In this document: piece after piece, positions 12,764 to 25,281 of the stretch
Numbering within the stretch: the first letter of the stretch is position 1
How the letters are laid out: the number at the start of each line of letters is the position of its first letter
Assembly: GCA_002269645.1 (NCBI GenBank)
Contig: NIVC01000930.1
Span: forward strand, 186,001 to 250,000
Direction: 5' to 3'
DNA length: 64,000 nt
Source of the DNA: Macrostomum lignano
Taxonomy: Eukaryota
The notes under the pieces: model-generated
Told to the model about the DNA's origin: nothing
The model's input: only the letters and a program-made list of their open reading frames with translations
The model's database searches: none
Made by a program: the position numbers and the translations under genes

Positions 12764-14599
12764 TCAACTTGAAAGCCGTTCAAAGAACAGGTCCAACACT
12801 TTGTTTGCGCTCCAGTATTGGTCGCGAATCTGTTCCAGAGTGAGGTGATCGGGCAGTCGCTGATAATTGGTGGCGCCTTTCCCACCGCAATAGATAGCGT
12901 ACTCAGGACTCGCTGTTGCGGAGCTACCCGATGAAGTTGCGGCAGTTGACGTGGCCGCGGCAGCGGCGGCAGCTTCGGCGGCGGCGGCTTCAGTAGCGGC
13001 CGCGGCGGTTGCGTCGCAGGTGGCGGCGTCGACTCCAGCCGCGGCGGCGGCTGCCGTGGCCGCGGCGGCTGCGGCAGCGGCAGCGGCGGCTACGGAGCTG
13101 GTCGCTTCGGGCCGATCGAGCGAATGCCGCAGGCGTAGGTAGCTGATGAGATGAGCCACCGTGGCGGTGCACACGGTTTTCAGATATTTTGTCTCGACGC
13201 CCCGGCCGGCGGACCAGCTGGGCAGCGGCTTCAACAGCAGCTCGATGTCCGTGTCAACCGAGGCGCTGCTAAATGTCGACGCGATTCGAGCCGAGGACGA
13301 AGCGGCGCCGCCTCGATTAGCTGCGGCGCCGTTGCCAAGGCAACTATCAGCGTCGTCGCGTGATCGTTTATTACCGTAACCATGGTGATGATTACTGCTA
13401 ATATGGTTGTCAACGGAGCCGTTCGAACTGATCTCGTCGGCGTCATCTGCCTGCTGCTGGTGCGCCGTTGACCCAGCCGCCTGCTGACTGCTGGATGGAC
13501 GCTGGCGCTTCTTGGCACCGCCGTGCGGACGCTGCTGAGAGCCGGGCTCGCCGCCGGCGCCGCCAGAGGCAGCGGAGTCGCAGCTCACCGTGCTGGCAAA
13601 TTTTGACAGCTTGGCAAGGACCCGCTCCTCGTGCGCTTCGAACTCCTCGCGGCTAGGATAGATCTTGGCTATTAGCTGGTCGAAGTTCGGATCGTGCCGG
13701 AGAGAGCGCTTGGACACCAGCTTCTTGCGGCAGGTTGGGCACTCCTTGTTGCCGCTGCGCAGTGCTGTGATTATGCACACCTGGCAGGTGCAAGTCAATA
13801 AGATATTCTTCAGCTATTCTTTTATCAGAAATTCACGTTGCAACATGAACTTGGTCCTTTAGAAACTGCCCATTGCCATATGTACTCTGGTCCTTCAGTG
13901 ACATTTCCCACTCTACCCTCTCTGGTCCTTCAGTGACATTTCCTGCTCTACCCTCTCTGGTCCTTCAGTGACATTCCCCACTCTACCCTCTCTGGTCCTT
14001 CAGTGACATTTCCTGCTCTACCCTCTCTGGTCCTTCAGTGACATTTCCTGCTCTACCCTCTCTGGTCCTTCAGTGACATTCCCCACTCTACCCTCTCTGG
14101 TCCTTCAGTGACATTCCCCACTCTACCCTCTCTGGTCCTTCAGTGACATTTCCTGCTCTACCCTCTTTGGTCCTTCAGTGACATTTCCTGCTCTACCCTC
14201 TCTGGTCCTTCAGTGACATTTCCCGCTGTACCCTCTCTGGTCCTTCAGTGACATTTTCTGGCTCTACCCTCTGGTCCTTTAGTGACATTTCCCGCTGTAC
14301 CCTCTCTGGTCCTTCAGTGACATTTCTGGCTCTACCCTCTGGTCCTTCAGTGACATCTCGGGAGGTTGCGCATGCATAGTTGCTACACTATTATTGATAC
14401 CAACCTGGCAGAATCGGTGCAGACACTCCTTAGTGGTCATGGTGTGCTTGAGTATGTCCAAACAGATTGGACACATCAGTTCGCTGTGCAAAGCCCGCGG
14501 CGATACAGCAATTTCTGTATTGTCAGTAATGGCTTCTTGTGGCCGACGTTTGGTCTCATACAACGAAAGCTCCCAAGTTTTCAATGGTGCACTTTCCAT
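12764..14599 (-). CDS. RNF2: Polycomb PRC1 E3 ligase RING1/RING2 (Sce), ~403 aa; exons 14599-14405 and 13780-12764
   Basis: WELSLYE ... [26 protein letters not shown]|[28 protein letters not shown]; C-terminal RAWUL domain (IELLLKP ... YLKT ... ATVAHL ... YW). Confidence 0.95.
13885..14357. repeat. 35-bp minisatellite, ~13 copies, RING1 intron
   Basis: Unit CTCTGGTCCTTCAGTGACATTTCCTGCTCTACCCT. Confidence 0.96.
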
Positions 14600-15859
14600 T
14601 ATTAATTTAATGGACTGGCAAGTGGACCCTTACTCAGAAGAAACAATACAATTTCGTAGGTAAACACTTCAGGTTATTTTAACTTTTATAGCTGTACGCT
14701 GTGTGTATAGATGTTTAGGTTTTTGGACTTTTAACTTCAAGTGTTCATCATTTTAGCAATATATTAATTCAAAATATAAGATACTCATTAAATATGCATA
14801 TATCTATTGCCAAATTTTACAATTAGCTAAACCAAGTCTATTTTTACTAAAAATACAACTAAATTTGTCACTCCTACTATTCAGTTGTCTATTTTTGGGG
14901 CCATTTAATAATATAATTATTGTTGTGAAAAATTTGAATTTAGAGAAGAAATCTGTACCTCTTAAAATACAAAAGGCTTTTTCTATCAAGATTTATATTA
15001 ACCTAGCATCAAACTTTAAGAAAAACTAAGACTGGAATTAAGTAGGGTTAAGTTGTAATTTTTTATTTCAAACAAAACTTGAAAAAGGTTTCTGTATGAG
15101 CAAGTGACTCCTTACTAAGCCTATATATAAGTTAGCCTATCATTGCATAGGACTACTAGGTCTAGGCTAGATAAAAGAGAATTTTAATAAGTTAGTTGGA
15201 AAAAACAAAGAAAAGTTATGACCTGCATAATTAGTTTGGAGCAATCCTTAGTGGAATAGGCAACCCTTGCCTCTGTTGTCTATAGACTACCTTGTAGCCT
15301 ATAGACAGCCTATATTTGTTTTGAAAATATGCAACAAAGGCAATATCAGATGCTATGTTAAGCAATACTTTTCTTGTTCCAACTTTATTTCTAGATCTAG
15401 AATACTCTTTAAAATTATTTATAGACTTAAGAACAAAAAGAACAAAAATTTCTTACAAAAAGCTACAAAGCTTGAAATCCTAACTAAAAGGAACCACATT
15501 GACCATAATTGTTTGTTTAAAAGTTTGACACAGCCATTTTAGCACATGACCATATTTTTGATATATGGCTATTTTGATGAATGGTCATTTTATTATAAGG
15601 TTACTAGCTATATATCACCTCACTATTTTGACATGACCAACTAAACTAGGCCTTTTAAATATATGGCTATTGTTTATCTTATATTAAGAAACCATTTAAT
15701 TTGGCAACCAGTTGACATGGCAATAGTCAATTTGGTAACAAATCAATTTGATGATCATTAAGGGCCTCAAGGGATTTTCAAAGTGCCAAAAAACCCTATT
15801 TGGCCTAAAAACCAGGTTTTAGGACCATTAAATACTAGAATGCAGCCAACATCATCAAA

Positions 15860-16700
15860 GAGTGGAGCAAAGCATGGAAGATACCCATCTCAGTCAACAA
15901 AGCTCTATAACATTATTTAGTATGGGTGCAACAAAGCTCAAAGAGGGAAACTTTGTTAGGATGCTAGCCCATGATGCAAGTAGGAGGAATTTCCCTCTTT
16001 TTCTAAGGGTTACACTTGATGGCAAGCTAACATTCAAGCAACATATGAGCAACAGTGATAAAAATATTTTTTATTTTCTATAATAATTTTTCTGCTTAAA
16101 ATACTAGAATTTAGTACTACAATTTGCTAGAAAAGGCTGAACCTAATGCATAAGCTAGCTAGAACCAACTGGGGCTAGGATGGCAATATCCTTAGACAAA
16201 CCTACCTGGCAGTCATCTATAGCCAGATACTATATAATGAGTAGAATAGAAACCCTTAGATCAAAGATGAGCTATGGCAGAGGCTAGATTTTGTCTAGAG
16301 AATAGCAGATAAAATCATTGCTAGCCTTATAGTGACCATGCCCATTGCAGCAGTGTTTATGGAGAGTGAGCTATCTGCCAAGGTCTTTAGGTAGCTTAAT
16401 GAAACATGTTCATTAGGTTAGAACTGCACTTACTTTGCTGGGAACCTGCCTTTAAGGAGCAGATGGAGAACATGGTAGGGATGGATTTGTCTAGTGTGGG
16501 AAAGGGATGTCTAGCAGGTTGCCAAGGGCCCTAGCTCAGCTTGGCCAACCAATAAGCAGGGAACAGCCTTGAAACTGTGAGGAATGTGCCCTGTCTGATT
16601 AACAAATTAGGACAGTTACAATTGAAGCTTAAGGCTTGTGCTCAGTCTGAGCTTAGCACCCTTGCCATTAATCCCTGTTGCATACCAGTTCTTACCCCAT
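15860..16700 (+). mobile_element. Degenerate non-LTR retrotransposon (LINE) RT 3' relic
   Basis: LRVTLDGKLTFKQHM resembles the post-YADD LGV.LD..LTF..H motif; many stops and frameshifts follow. Confidence 0.5.
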
Positions 16701-16978
16701 GCTGATTGCTAACGATTTCTTATATTCCTACTAATCTCAAAGGCACCATTTTAGTAGAGCATTTATACCAAGCACTTACTTTTAACTTTAAATTTCTTTG
16801 TGAAAATGAGTTTTCTTCAGAGCCTTGAAAATTAGCGAAGTCAAGTTTTTGTCCTTTGGTCAATAGGATGGAGTGGAGCCAAGATTTCTGACCACTTATT
16901 CTCCATCCATGGTGAGAACAGCCTGGAAAAACTGCAATTTATAGATAGATTGAATGCTTTAGAGATGGCCAGTCTGCT

Positions 16979-17164
16979 ATGAATGATCAGCTATGCTTTG
17001 CCTCTGGCCATCCTTGCATGTCGGATGGCAAGACATTCTATCAAGGGATCAAAACAGTTTTTGCCCAGGCCATTAATGGCATGCTTTCAAGGTGGCAGAG
17101 GTGTGTCCAGCTGAATGGGGACTATGTAGAGAAGTTGCAGGTTGAGCTTGACAATTCGCTTTGA
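16979..17164 (+). mobile_element. Mariner-like transposase C-terminal relic
   Basis: FAQAINGMLSRWQRCVQLNGDYVEK matches the mariner C-terminal F..GI..L..RW.KC....GDY.EK pattern. A Tc1/mariner-like terminus (TTTTGGGACACCCCTGGTA) lies at ~17470-17488. Confidence 0.6.
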
Positions 17165-17872
17165 ATTTTGAACTGGTGCATGCCCGGATGCCCCAAGGAT
17201 TTATCAACAGTATGAATTGTTCTGTGTTAAATTGTTTAAAATCATTGCCATAAATTTTTGAGATTGTGTAACACTACCCCTGACCTTCACGCACATTTCT
17301 TGCTATAGCTCCTGAATAAAAAAGATAGGCCTAGGGCTCTAGGCCTATCAACATGATTTTAACTTTTTTGTGACAATTTTCTTTTCTTTTTATTTGATAA
17401 GCCTATGCCTTATTATGGGTGTGAAATTTCATGGCGCCATTGAAGAGCTACATTAGACATTCCGGGAACTTTTGGGACACCCCTGGTAGTAGCCTTTTGC
17501 ATTGCAAAATACAAATTTCATTTTTCTAAAGGCAGGATGCAGGTAAAGCGGCTCGCATGCGGCGAGATGAAGACCACTTGTCTTTTAATAAAGTGCTGCG
17601 GCTGGGCCTTTTACGGCTCGAGTTTATTTGGGCCATAGACAGTTTGAGCAGCAGTGGCTGGCTCTGTCAAAAGTAAATGTGTCCGCTACACAGGGCAATT
17701 ACCCTTATGCCCTATATAGGTTGTTTAATTATTATAAACATAAGATGAAACACTTTATAAAAATTAAAAAATGCCTAGGTCTACATTATATAGTTGTGGC
17801 TGAAAAATTAAAATTTAAAAACTAAAAAAGGTCAGCTTCAACTATAACCTATACTATAGGCCAATATTGCAG

Positions 17873-18453
17873 GTGTAGTATACGCCAGAAAATTCCGGCA
17901 TACAACGCTTTAGCTGGCATACATCTGGCGTACAAATGCTTTAGCTAATGTACATATTGGCGTACAATGAGGAAAAACTACTTTCTGGCAATCATTGGCT
18001 TACAATTTTTAACAATACATGTTCAAGCTTGCGGTGCGGCATATATAAGCATTGATGTATGTCATAATTGTGTAAATTACGCTAAGCAATCCTTTGTTGT
18101 AGTAGAAGTTAACTGAAGTTTTAAGACTATGAATTCATTTTTAAAATAATAAACCTAATTTTTCTTTAGTAACTAGTAAAAAAAATATCTAAAACAATAT
18201 TATACATAACTATTTTGTTTTTACTTATTATTTAAGTTTTTTAAATAATAGGCCTACGATTCGTTTTTTGCAGCCATCATTATTAAAATTGCTACGCATA
18301 TGCGTACTAGGCCTACTGCTCGTGGTATTAGTTATCTGCTTTTTCATTACGCAATTTTTAGTGGCGTACAATTTACTAGACCACTTAATTGATGTAATTT
18401 ACTGGCGTACATTTTACTAGATAGCCAAATAATTTCCGGCGTACATGTAACAC
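17873..18453. mobile_element. Possible non-autonomous TIR element with repeated GGCGTACA motifs
   Basis: Left GTGTAGTATACGCCAGAAA vs reverse complement of the right end GTGTTACATGTACGCCGGAAA; no TSD found. Confidence 0.4.
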
Positions 18454-20180
18454 GATCCACAATATGGCCTATCTTAGCTATCTATAGGGCCTAGCTAATA
18501 ACAGCCTAGTGGATCCAGGATTTTTTGGAGGTAGAGCTAAAGGCCTAAAAATCAATTTTTGGGTGCCACCGAATTTGTCAACATCTTAAGCTTATCTTAT
18601 CTTAGGTTAACCTAACCTAACTAATCTTAGGACTTAGGTTTACCTTAGGGCCTACCATGCACAGGCATACACTGTTGACAAATTTGGTTACCTGACGATA
18701 AGCTATTGGTATTGACCAGCTAGTATATTATTATAGTCCAATGCTATACTACTAGCTACTAGTAGTAATAGGCCTAGAGGGTATTGCTACTGATGATTTT
18801 TCTCAAATTTTGGAAGCTAGATCTACCTTAGCTTAGGATGTTTTAAGGTTTTTTGCTAAATCAAAGATGACGCAAATTTTAACACAAGAACTTCATCTTA
18901 TTAAAATTTCTTAAGTGGTATTTCATAACTTAGATTTTTAAGGAGCATAAATATACATGTATCTACGTGTTTCCATTGGATAAGATATATATTGCCCCAT
19001 AAGAGCCACTGAAATTATATAGAGGTATATATTTCTTCTACAAGTGTTGCGAGTATAAAAATATATTAGGAACAAAATTGACACAAGTTTCACAAATTTC
19101 CATTAGGGCCAATGTATTTTTTCAAAAAATATTTACTATTCTTTAACTTCATTTTAACATGCTTGGGAAACATTTTTTATTAATTTTAGATTAATTATAT
19201 CTTTGTAAGTAACATGTGACTTTGTAGTAATTGTAAACATTTGAAACTTATGCTATTACAATTTTATGAACATTTTTTGAAAACTAACATAAATAAATTA
19301 CATAATTTATTAGTAAATTATGTTACCAATTTTTCACTTTGTCACCAGCTCATCCGTCATCAGTAATTAGTGACCAGCCCTCACAAAAGCAGAAGACAGC
19401 AATTGGGCCAAGCAAGAGTGAAGGCAAAGCGGAGCGCACAAAGCAAAGTGGCCTTCAACTAACTATATGAGCGTTTATTGTTATAAAGAAAGACAAGTTT
19501 TGGAGTTTAAAATTAAATGTTCATGCATAAGAAAAAAATTATAGCAGCAAGAACACTGAGCACAATGCTGAATATGGCGTGCTAAATAGCCTACGAAGGA
19601 GGTGGGGCTAAGTACAGCTTGCCTTAAACAGATGCACAAAGGCAGGGGGTGGCTGGTCACTAAAGTTGGTTTGCACAAGTTTCAAGCACCTATGCAAACC
19701 ATTGCAATATGAAATTTTTGTTCCTTTACAATATGTGCAGCAAGATTTTGTTGACATAGATTAAGTCATATGTTGATAGGAGCTAAAGTAATTTTTTTCC
19801 GAATATGCAATGTAATGTATACGAAAATTGTCAGGCGAGATAGGAAGATACAAGGATGGTCACCTAGGGGCTGCAGCCCCCTTTTCCCCTGCCTATGCTG
19901 CTACTGTGGCTTATATATTTAGGAATATTTGCTTGGTTTCTATACTTAGCAGCACTTGCAACTCATATGCCTAGCTATGCTAAGACCTATTTAAATCTTT
20001 GTCATGCTATAAAGCTCTTTTTAAAGGTTATAAAGCTGTCTTAGCAGTTTTATCTTCTAATTTTAATTTTTAGGCCTAAAAGCTCTGAGCTTTATAATCT
20101 AGAATCTTTTAAGTTAGATAGACTAGACTTGGAATATAAGAGAAATATTATTAGCCTTAACATATAAACAATACCATATG

Positions 20181-20341
20181 CATGCTTGGGTGCAACCTAG
20201 GGATTCACCAGCTGTTTCAATTGGCAACACACAAATTGCTATTGGACAAAATAGTAGTCACGTGACTGCTTTCAGCCAATAGCAACTTACTATTGTTGCC
20301 AATAGAAACGGCTGGGTGATTCCCAAGGTTGCGCATGCATG
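20181..20341. mobile_element. Palindromic (hairpin) MITE, copy 1
   Basis: Arms are complementary around a central AGTCACGTGACT; homologous to 38189-38362. Confidence 0.8.
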
Positions 20342-20666
20342 CAGGGTCCATATAGGCCCCAAACCTTCAATTCATAGTGAGTCTTCATTACGCTATGAAG
20401 TCTTAGCAACTCCCTTTGGGCTTTAAAATCTCAACAACTCCACCTGAACTCTGGAATCTCAATGAAATGAGCTTTGGAGTCTCAGCAACTACTTTTTAAG
20501 CATTGAATCTCCATCACTACCTTTGTATCTGATGTTAAAATTTGTGAATGCTGCACTTTGCATCTGTGGCTAGCTATCATGACTTGATATCCTCAACTCA
20601 AGCACAAAGTGGTGCAATTCTAAAATAAAAAACCCTGAAAAACATTTTTATAGCTAAACTTCAGCG

Positions 20667-21041
20667 ATGTCCTGGAGCTCCTGGTTCGGCGGCGGCTCGT
20701 CTGGCGGAAGCGACAAGCCAGCCTCTAGCGATGCCTACAACGACACGAGTAGCTTCCAGTACGAGACGGTGCCCAGCATAGGCTCATCCAGCAGCTACGG
20801 CAGTTCGAGCGGCGGCACTGCAGAATTCCAGCAGCAGGTTCAGCAGCAGATGCTGGTAGCGGAACTGCAGCGGCGCATCGGCCAGCTGAGCGGCCTGTGC
20901 TGGGAGAAGTGCATGACGGCCTATCCGAAATATTCTATCAGCTCTCGCGAGGAGAACTGCGTGACCAACTGCGCCGAACGTTACCTGGACGTCAGCTCGC
21001 TGATTGCCGAAGGACTGGCTAAAAAATTTGAAGCCTCTTAA
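20667..21041 (+). CDS. TIMM8: Small TIM chaperone (Tim8/Tim13 family, Tim8-like), 124 aa, intronless
   Basis: Twin CX3C motif CWEKC ... CVTNCAERYLD; acceptor-like TTCAG 2 nt before the ATG. The exact paralogue is uncertain. Confidence 0.82.
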   Translation: MSWSSWFGGGSSGGSDKPASSDAYNDTSSFQYETVPSIGSSSSYGSSSGGTAEFQQQVQQQMLVAELQRRIGQLSGLCWEKCMTAYPKYSISSREENCVTNCAERYLDVSSLIAEGLAKKFEAS

Positions 21042-21684
21042 CATATTTGGTCGGCATCAGCTCGGTTTGCTATTAGTGTTTTTTAGCCTTTTTAGCGTAT
21101 TATTAGTTTAGCTAGCTAAAATTGACGCTACCTTTAATTAAATAAATTCGGTAATCAACATCTATCAGGCAGTGTTTACGTTATTTTGATTGAATACGCT
21201 TAAATATGCTTTGTTAATCATACATTGTTGCAGCCTTAAAAGTTTATTTTTATGTAAAAAATGGAGTCGGTTACGCTTAAGAGCAGCATGTACAGGTTTG
21301 GTCATATATATGTACATATTCATATGCTGTAAATGACCATAAGAAAAAAGCTATATAAAAACAAAGCAAGCAGTTAAATTAATTTCTTTTTCATTATAAA
21401 CAGCAGTAACAAATTTGTTGATGCCAGTGTTTAAGTAAAGTTACATGAAATTTAGGTAGTCACGTAAAATGCAAAATTAGTAAATTACCTGTAATTTTTT
21501 GTCAGCAAAACAGAAAATTCAGCTCAAGCGAAACTGCGAGTAATAAATACTGTTATTAAATGTAATTTTTCCGCAAACTGCTGCTTTAGTGGGCCCTTTT
21601 TTGGTCCATCGCTGGGTTGACAACACCCCACTTCCGGTTCATCAATGAGTTGACAAATGACAACGGTTTAACAATGGGCTGACA

Positions 21685-21955
21685 ACCCCTACTTCCGGTT
21701 TATAAATGAGCTGAGAGCATCCTACTTCCGGTTTATCGAGGGGCTGAGAACATCCTACTTCCGGTTTATCGAGGGGCTGAGAGCATCCTACTTCCGGTTT
21801 ATCGATGGGCTGAGAGCATCTTACTTCCGGTTTATCGATGGGCTGAGAGCATCCTACTTCCGGTTTATCGAGGGGCTGAGAGCATCCTACTTCCGGTTTA
21901 TCGATGGGCTGAGAGCATCCTACTTCCGGTTTATCGATGGGCTGAGAGCATCCTA
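21685..21955. repeat. 33-bp minisatellite, ~8 copies, downstream of Tim8
   Basis: Unit GAGCATCCTACTTCCGGTTTATCGATGGGCTGA; degenerate precursors from ~21620. Confidence 0.92.
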
Positions 21956-22589
21956 CCTATATCCGGTGTATTGCTGGGTTCACAACATCCTATACTTGTC
22001 AAGTTCTTGTCAAATACTTGTCACATCCCATAGTTGTCGAAATTCTACTTTCCGTCCACCATGGGCATTGTTAAGGTAAAGTTTCAGCTGTGGAAACTAC
22101 ATGTAACTGTTATGCTACAGGTGCGATGACAGGTAGACTACGCAATGCCATGAAAGAACAATTCTAATGTTAAAACTCTGGAAATTCGATTCAGTAATAA
22201 AGCCATTAATTAGAAACTACAATACAAAATGATACGAGATTTACTGACACAGGCAATATGAATAATAAATAATAAATGCAACTACCTAGTTTGATGCGGG
22301 ATCTTTGTTGTTGAACCACTCGGCAATGCTGTACATGGGAGACTAATTCTAATTCCAAATTGATTACAATATGCTAGCTAAAAATGGCGCTATTTACGAG
22401 CTAAAATCGAGCTTAAAACAAAGATACTGAGTTGCCGAGCATAAAATATGGGTACTTATATAGGACAGATTGATAAATCAGGCTGTCTCGGTTGATTTAC
22501 AAGTGCAAAAAATAGGGATAGGAACTTTTTAAGTATGCTGTGAATCTTTAGGACTTAGAAACTAGATAAATCCATAAGAGACACCAGGA

Positions 22590-24130
22590 TACTCAATAAG
22601 GGGCACTAAGATACTCAATAAGGGACACTAAGATACTCAATAAGGGGTACTAAGACACTCAATAAGGGACACTAAGACACTCAATAAGGGACACTAATAC
22701 TCAATAAGGGACACTAAGATACTTAATAAGGGACACTAAGATAGTCAATAAGGGGTACTAAGACACTCAATAAGGGACACTAAGACACTCAATAAGGGAC
22801 ACTAATACTCAATGAGGGACACTAAGATACTCAATAAGGGACACTAAGATACTCAATAAGGGGTACTAAGACACTCAATAAGGGACACTAAGACACTCAA
22901 TAAGGGACACTAATACTCAATAAGGGACACTAAGATACTTAATAAGGGACACTAAGATACTCAATAAGGGGTACTAAGACACTCAATAAGGGACACTAAG
23001 ACACTCAATAAGGGACACTAATACTCAATAAGGGACACTAAGATACTTAATAAGGGACACTAAGATACTCAATAAGGGACACAGATAATAAGGGACACTA
23101 AGACACTCAATAAGGGACACTAAGACACTCAATAAGGGACACTAATACTCAATAAGGGACACTAAGATACTCAATAAGGGACACTAAGACACTCAATAAG
23201 GGACACTAAGATAGTCAATAAGGGACACTAAGACACTCAATAAGGGACACTAATACTCAATAAGGGACACTAAGATACTCAATAAGGGACACTAAGATAG
23301 TCAATAAGGGACACTAAGATAGTCAATAAGGGACACTAAGATAGTCAATAAGGGACACTAAGACAGTCAATAAGGGACACTAAGATACTCAATAAGGGAC
23401 ACTAAGACTCAATAAGGGACACTAAGACTCAATAAGGGACACTAAGATACTCAATAAGGGGTACTAAGATACTCAATAAGGGGTACTAAGATACTCAATA
23501 AGGGACACTAAGACACTCAATAAGGGACACTAAGACACTCAATAAGGGACACTAATACTCAATAAGGGACACTAAGATACTCAATAAGGGACACTAAGAT
23601 ACTCAATAAGGGGTACTAAGACACTCAATAAGGGACACTAAGACACTCAATAAGGGACACTAATACTCAATAAGGGACACTAAGACACTCAATAAGGGAC
23701 ACTAAGATAGTCAATAAGGGACACTAAGACACTCAATAAGGGACACTAATACTCAATAAGGGACACTAAGACACTCAATAAGGGACACTAAGATAGTCAA
23801 TAAGGGACACTAAGACACTCAATAAGGGACACTAAGATACTCAATAAGGGACACTAAGACACTCAATAAGGGACACTAAGACACTCAATAAGGGACACTA
23901 AGATAGTCAATAAGGGACACAGATAATAAGGGACACTAAGACACTCAATAAGGGACACTAAGACACTCAATAAGGGACACAGATAATAAGGGACACTAAG
24001 ATAGTCAATAAGGGACACAGATAATAAGGGACACTAAGATAGTCAATAAGGGACAGATAATAAGGGACACTAAGATAGTCAATAAGGGACACAGATAATA
24101 AGGGACACTAACATACTCAACACGACACTA
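22590..24130. repeat. 22-bp minisatellite (ACTCAATAAGGGACACTAAGAY), ~70 copies, 3' of Pygopus
   Basis: Direct reading. Confidence 0.97.
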
Positions 24131-24260
24131 AAAGGCTCAATAATAGACAGGAAAGGACATAAGGTAATTCACTAAAAAGTACATCACACAACGAAGCTCG
24201 ACAAGGCTCAAAAAGGACAATAGAAGATTCGATAAAAGACAGCGCGAGACTGAATCAAAG

Positions 24261-25025
24261 TCACAATAACAGCCAATCGTCAAGGCTTGTACCGTATAAA
24301 AGCGGTGGGCCGCTCCTAGCGTAGCAAACATCGCACAGCCATTCGGCGAAGATCTCCTGACGCAGCATGCGCCAAGCGTCCGTAGTCAGCTGAGTGCACG
24401 CCCGATGGTACCAGTACTTGCACGACGCCTCGCACTGGATGCTCTCGTCTGTGTCGGCAATTTCAAATCGACAAGCGCCGCACAGAAATACGACTGGAGC
24501 GTTGACGCTGCCGCCGGTGTACAGCATCGCCGGCTGGCCCGGGTGCGGGTGCGGGTGCGGCGGCATCGGCTGCTGACGCCGGTGCTGCAGCTGCTGCTGT
24601 TGAGGCCCGTGAGGGTACTCCATAGCTGGGCCCGGCCCGTAGGCCACCCCAGCGGGTGGTCCACCGGCAATGTTGCCGCTGCTGCCTCCTCCGCCGCTGC
24701 CACCGCCAGAGGCTGCCGCTGCTGCAGCCACCGCGGCCGCCGCTGCCGCAGCAGCAGCCGCAGCGTGACCGTTGTGCTGGCTGGGATATCGAGGCGGCTG
24801 CTGCTGCATCATCATCATCTGCTGTTGCTGCTGCGGATGCGTCGGCGGCATCATGGGAGGTCCGCCAGGCGGCAGGTGATGATGGGGCAGCGGTGGTGGC
24901 GGCTGCTGCTGCTGCTGACCTGGCGGAGGCGGCGGCGGGCCGCCCGGATGTCCACCTGGTGCAGCGGCGGCGGCGGCGGCTGCTGCGGCGGCTGCCTGGT
25001 GAGCAGCGGCGCTGGCGACTGGCAT
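24261..25025 (-). CDS. PYGO: Pygopus (PHD-finger Wnt co-activator), 254 aa
   Basis: C-terminal Pygo-type PHD finger CGACRFEIADTDESIQCEASCKYWYHRACTQLT ... EIFAEWLCDVC; Pro/Gln/Ala-rich N-terminus; in-frame TAA just upstream of the ATG. Confidence 0.88.
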   Translation of the reverse strand: MPVASAAAHQAAAAAAAAAAAAPGGHPGGPPPPPPGQQQQQPPPPLPHHHLPPGGPPMMPPTHPQQQQQMMMMQQQPPRYPSQHNGHAAAAAAAAAAAVAAAAAASGGGSGGGGSSGNIAGGPPAGVAYGPGPAMEYPHGPQQQQLQHRRQQPMPPHPHPHPGQPAMLYTGGSVNAPVVFLCGACRFEIADTDESIQCEASCKYWYHRACTQLTTDAWRMLRQEIFAEWLCDVCYARSGPPLLYGTSLDDWLLL

Positions 25026-25191
25026 TGCTTTATGGGCAACGATTTATGAGAAGAGCTCGACAGTTAAAAATGCGAACTTAGCGACTGGTGCTGAGGCGAC
25101 GCGGCTGGAAAATGGCATCCGGATTGGGTTCGCTGCTATACCCTAAGCTAATGTGTTGCTAGGACACGATGATGCTTTAACTCAATATTAT

Positions 25192-25233
25192 TTGCGACGC
25201 GTTTCGGCTAAAACTAGCCATCTTCAGGCACTA
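25192..25233 (-). ncRNA. Minimal type I hammerhead ribozyme, left inverted arm of the PLE
   Basis: Exact reverse complement of 27891-27932; core at 25227-25196. Confidence 0.8.
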
Positions 25234-25281
25234 TCGAACAGAATTTATTTCAACCTATTAAATACTGTGTAGACGACAAAA

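Noticed and set aside
11707-12772. 345-aa Pro-rich and 339-aa Gly-rich ORFs
   Set aside because: A stop-free 33-bp unit keeps frames open on both strands; no unique domain, and the minus ORF starts at TTG.
24386-25081. Overlapping alternate-frame and antisense ORFs over Pygopus (likewise over RING1, the cyclin and protocadherin)
   Set aside because: Expected shadows of GC-rich, trinucleotide-repeat coding DNA.
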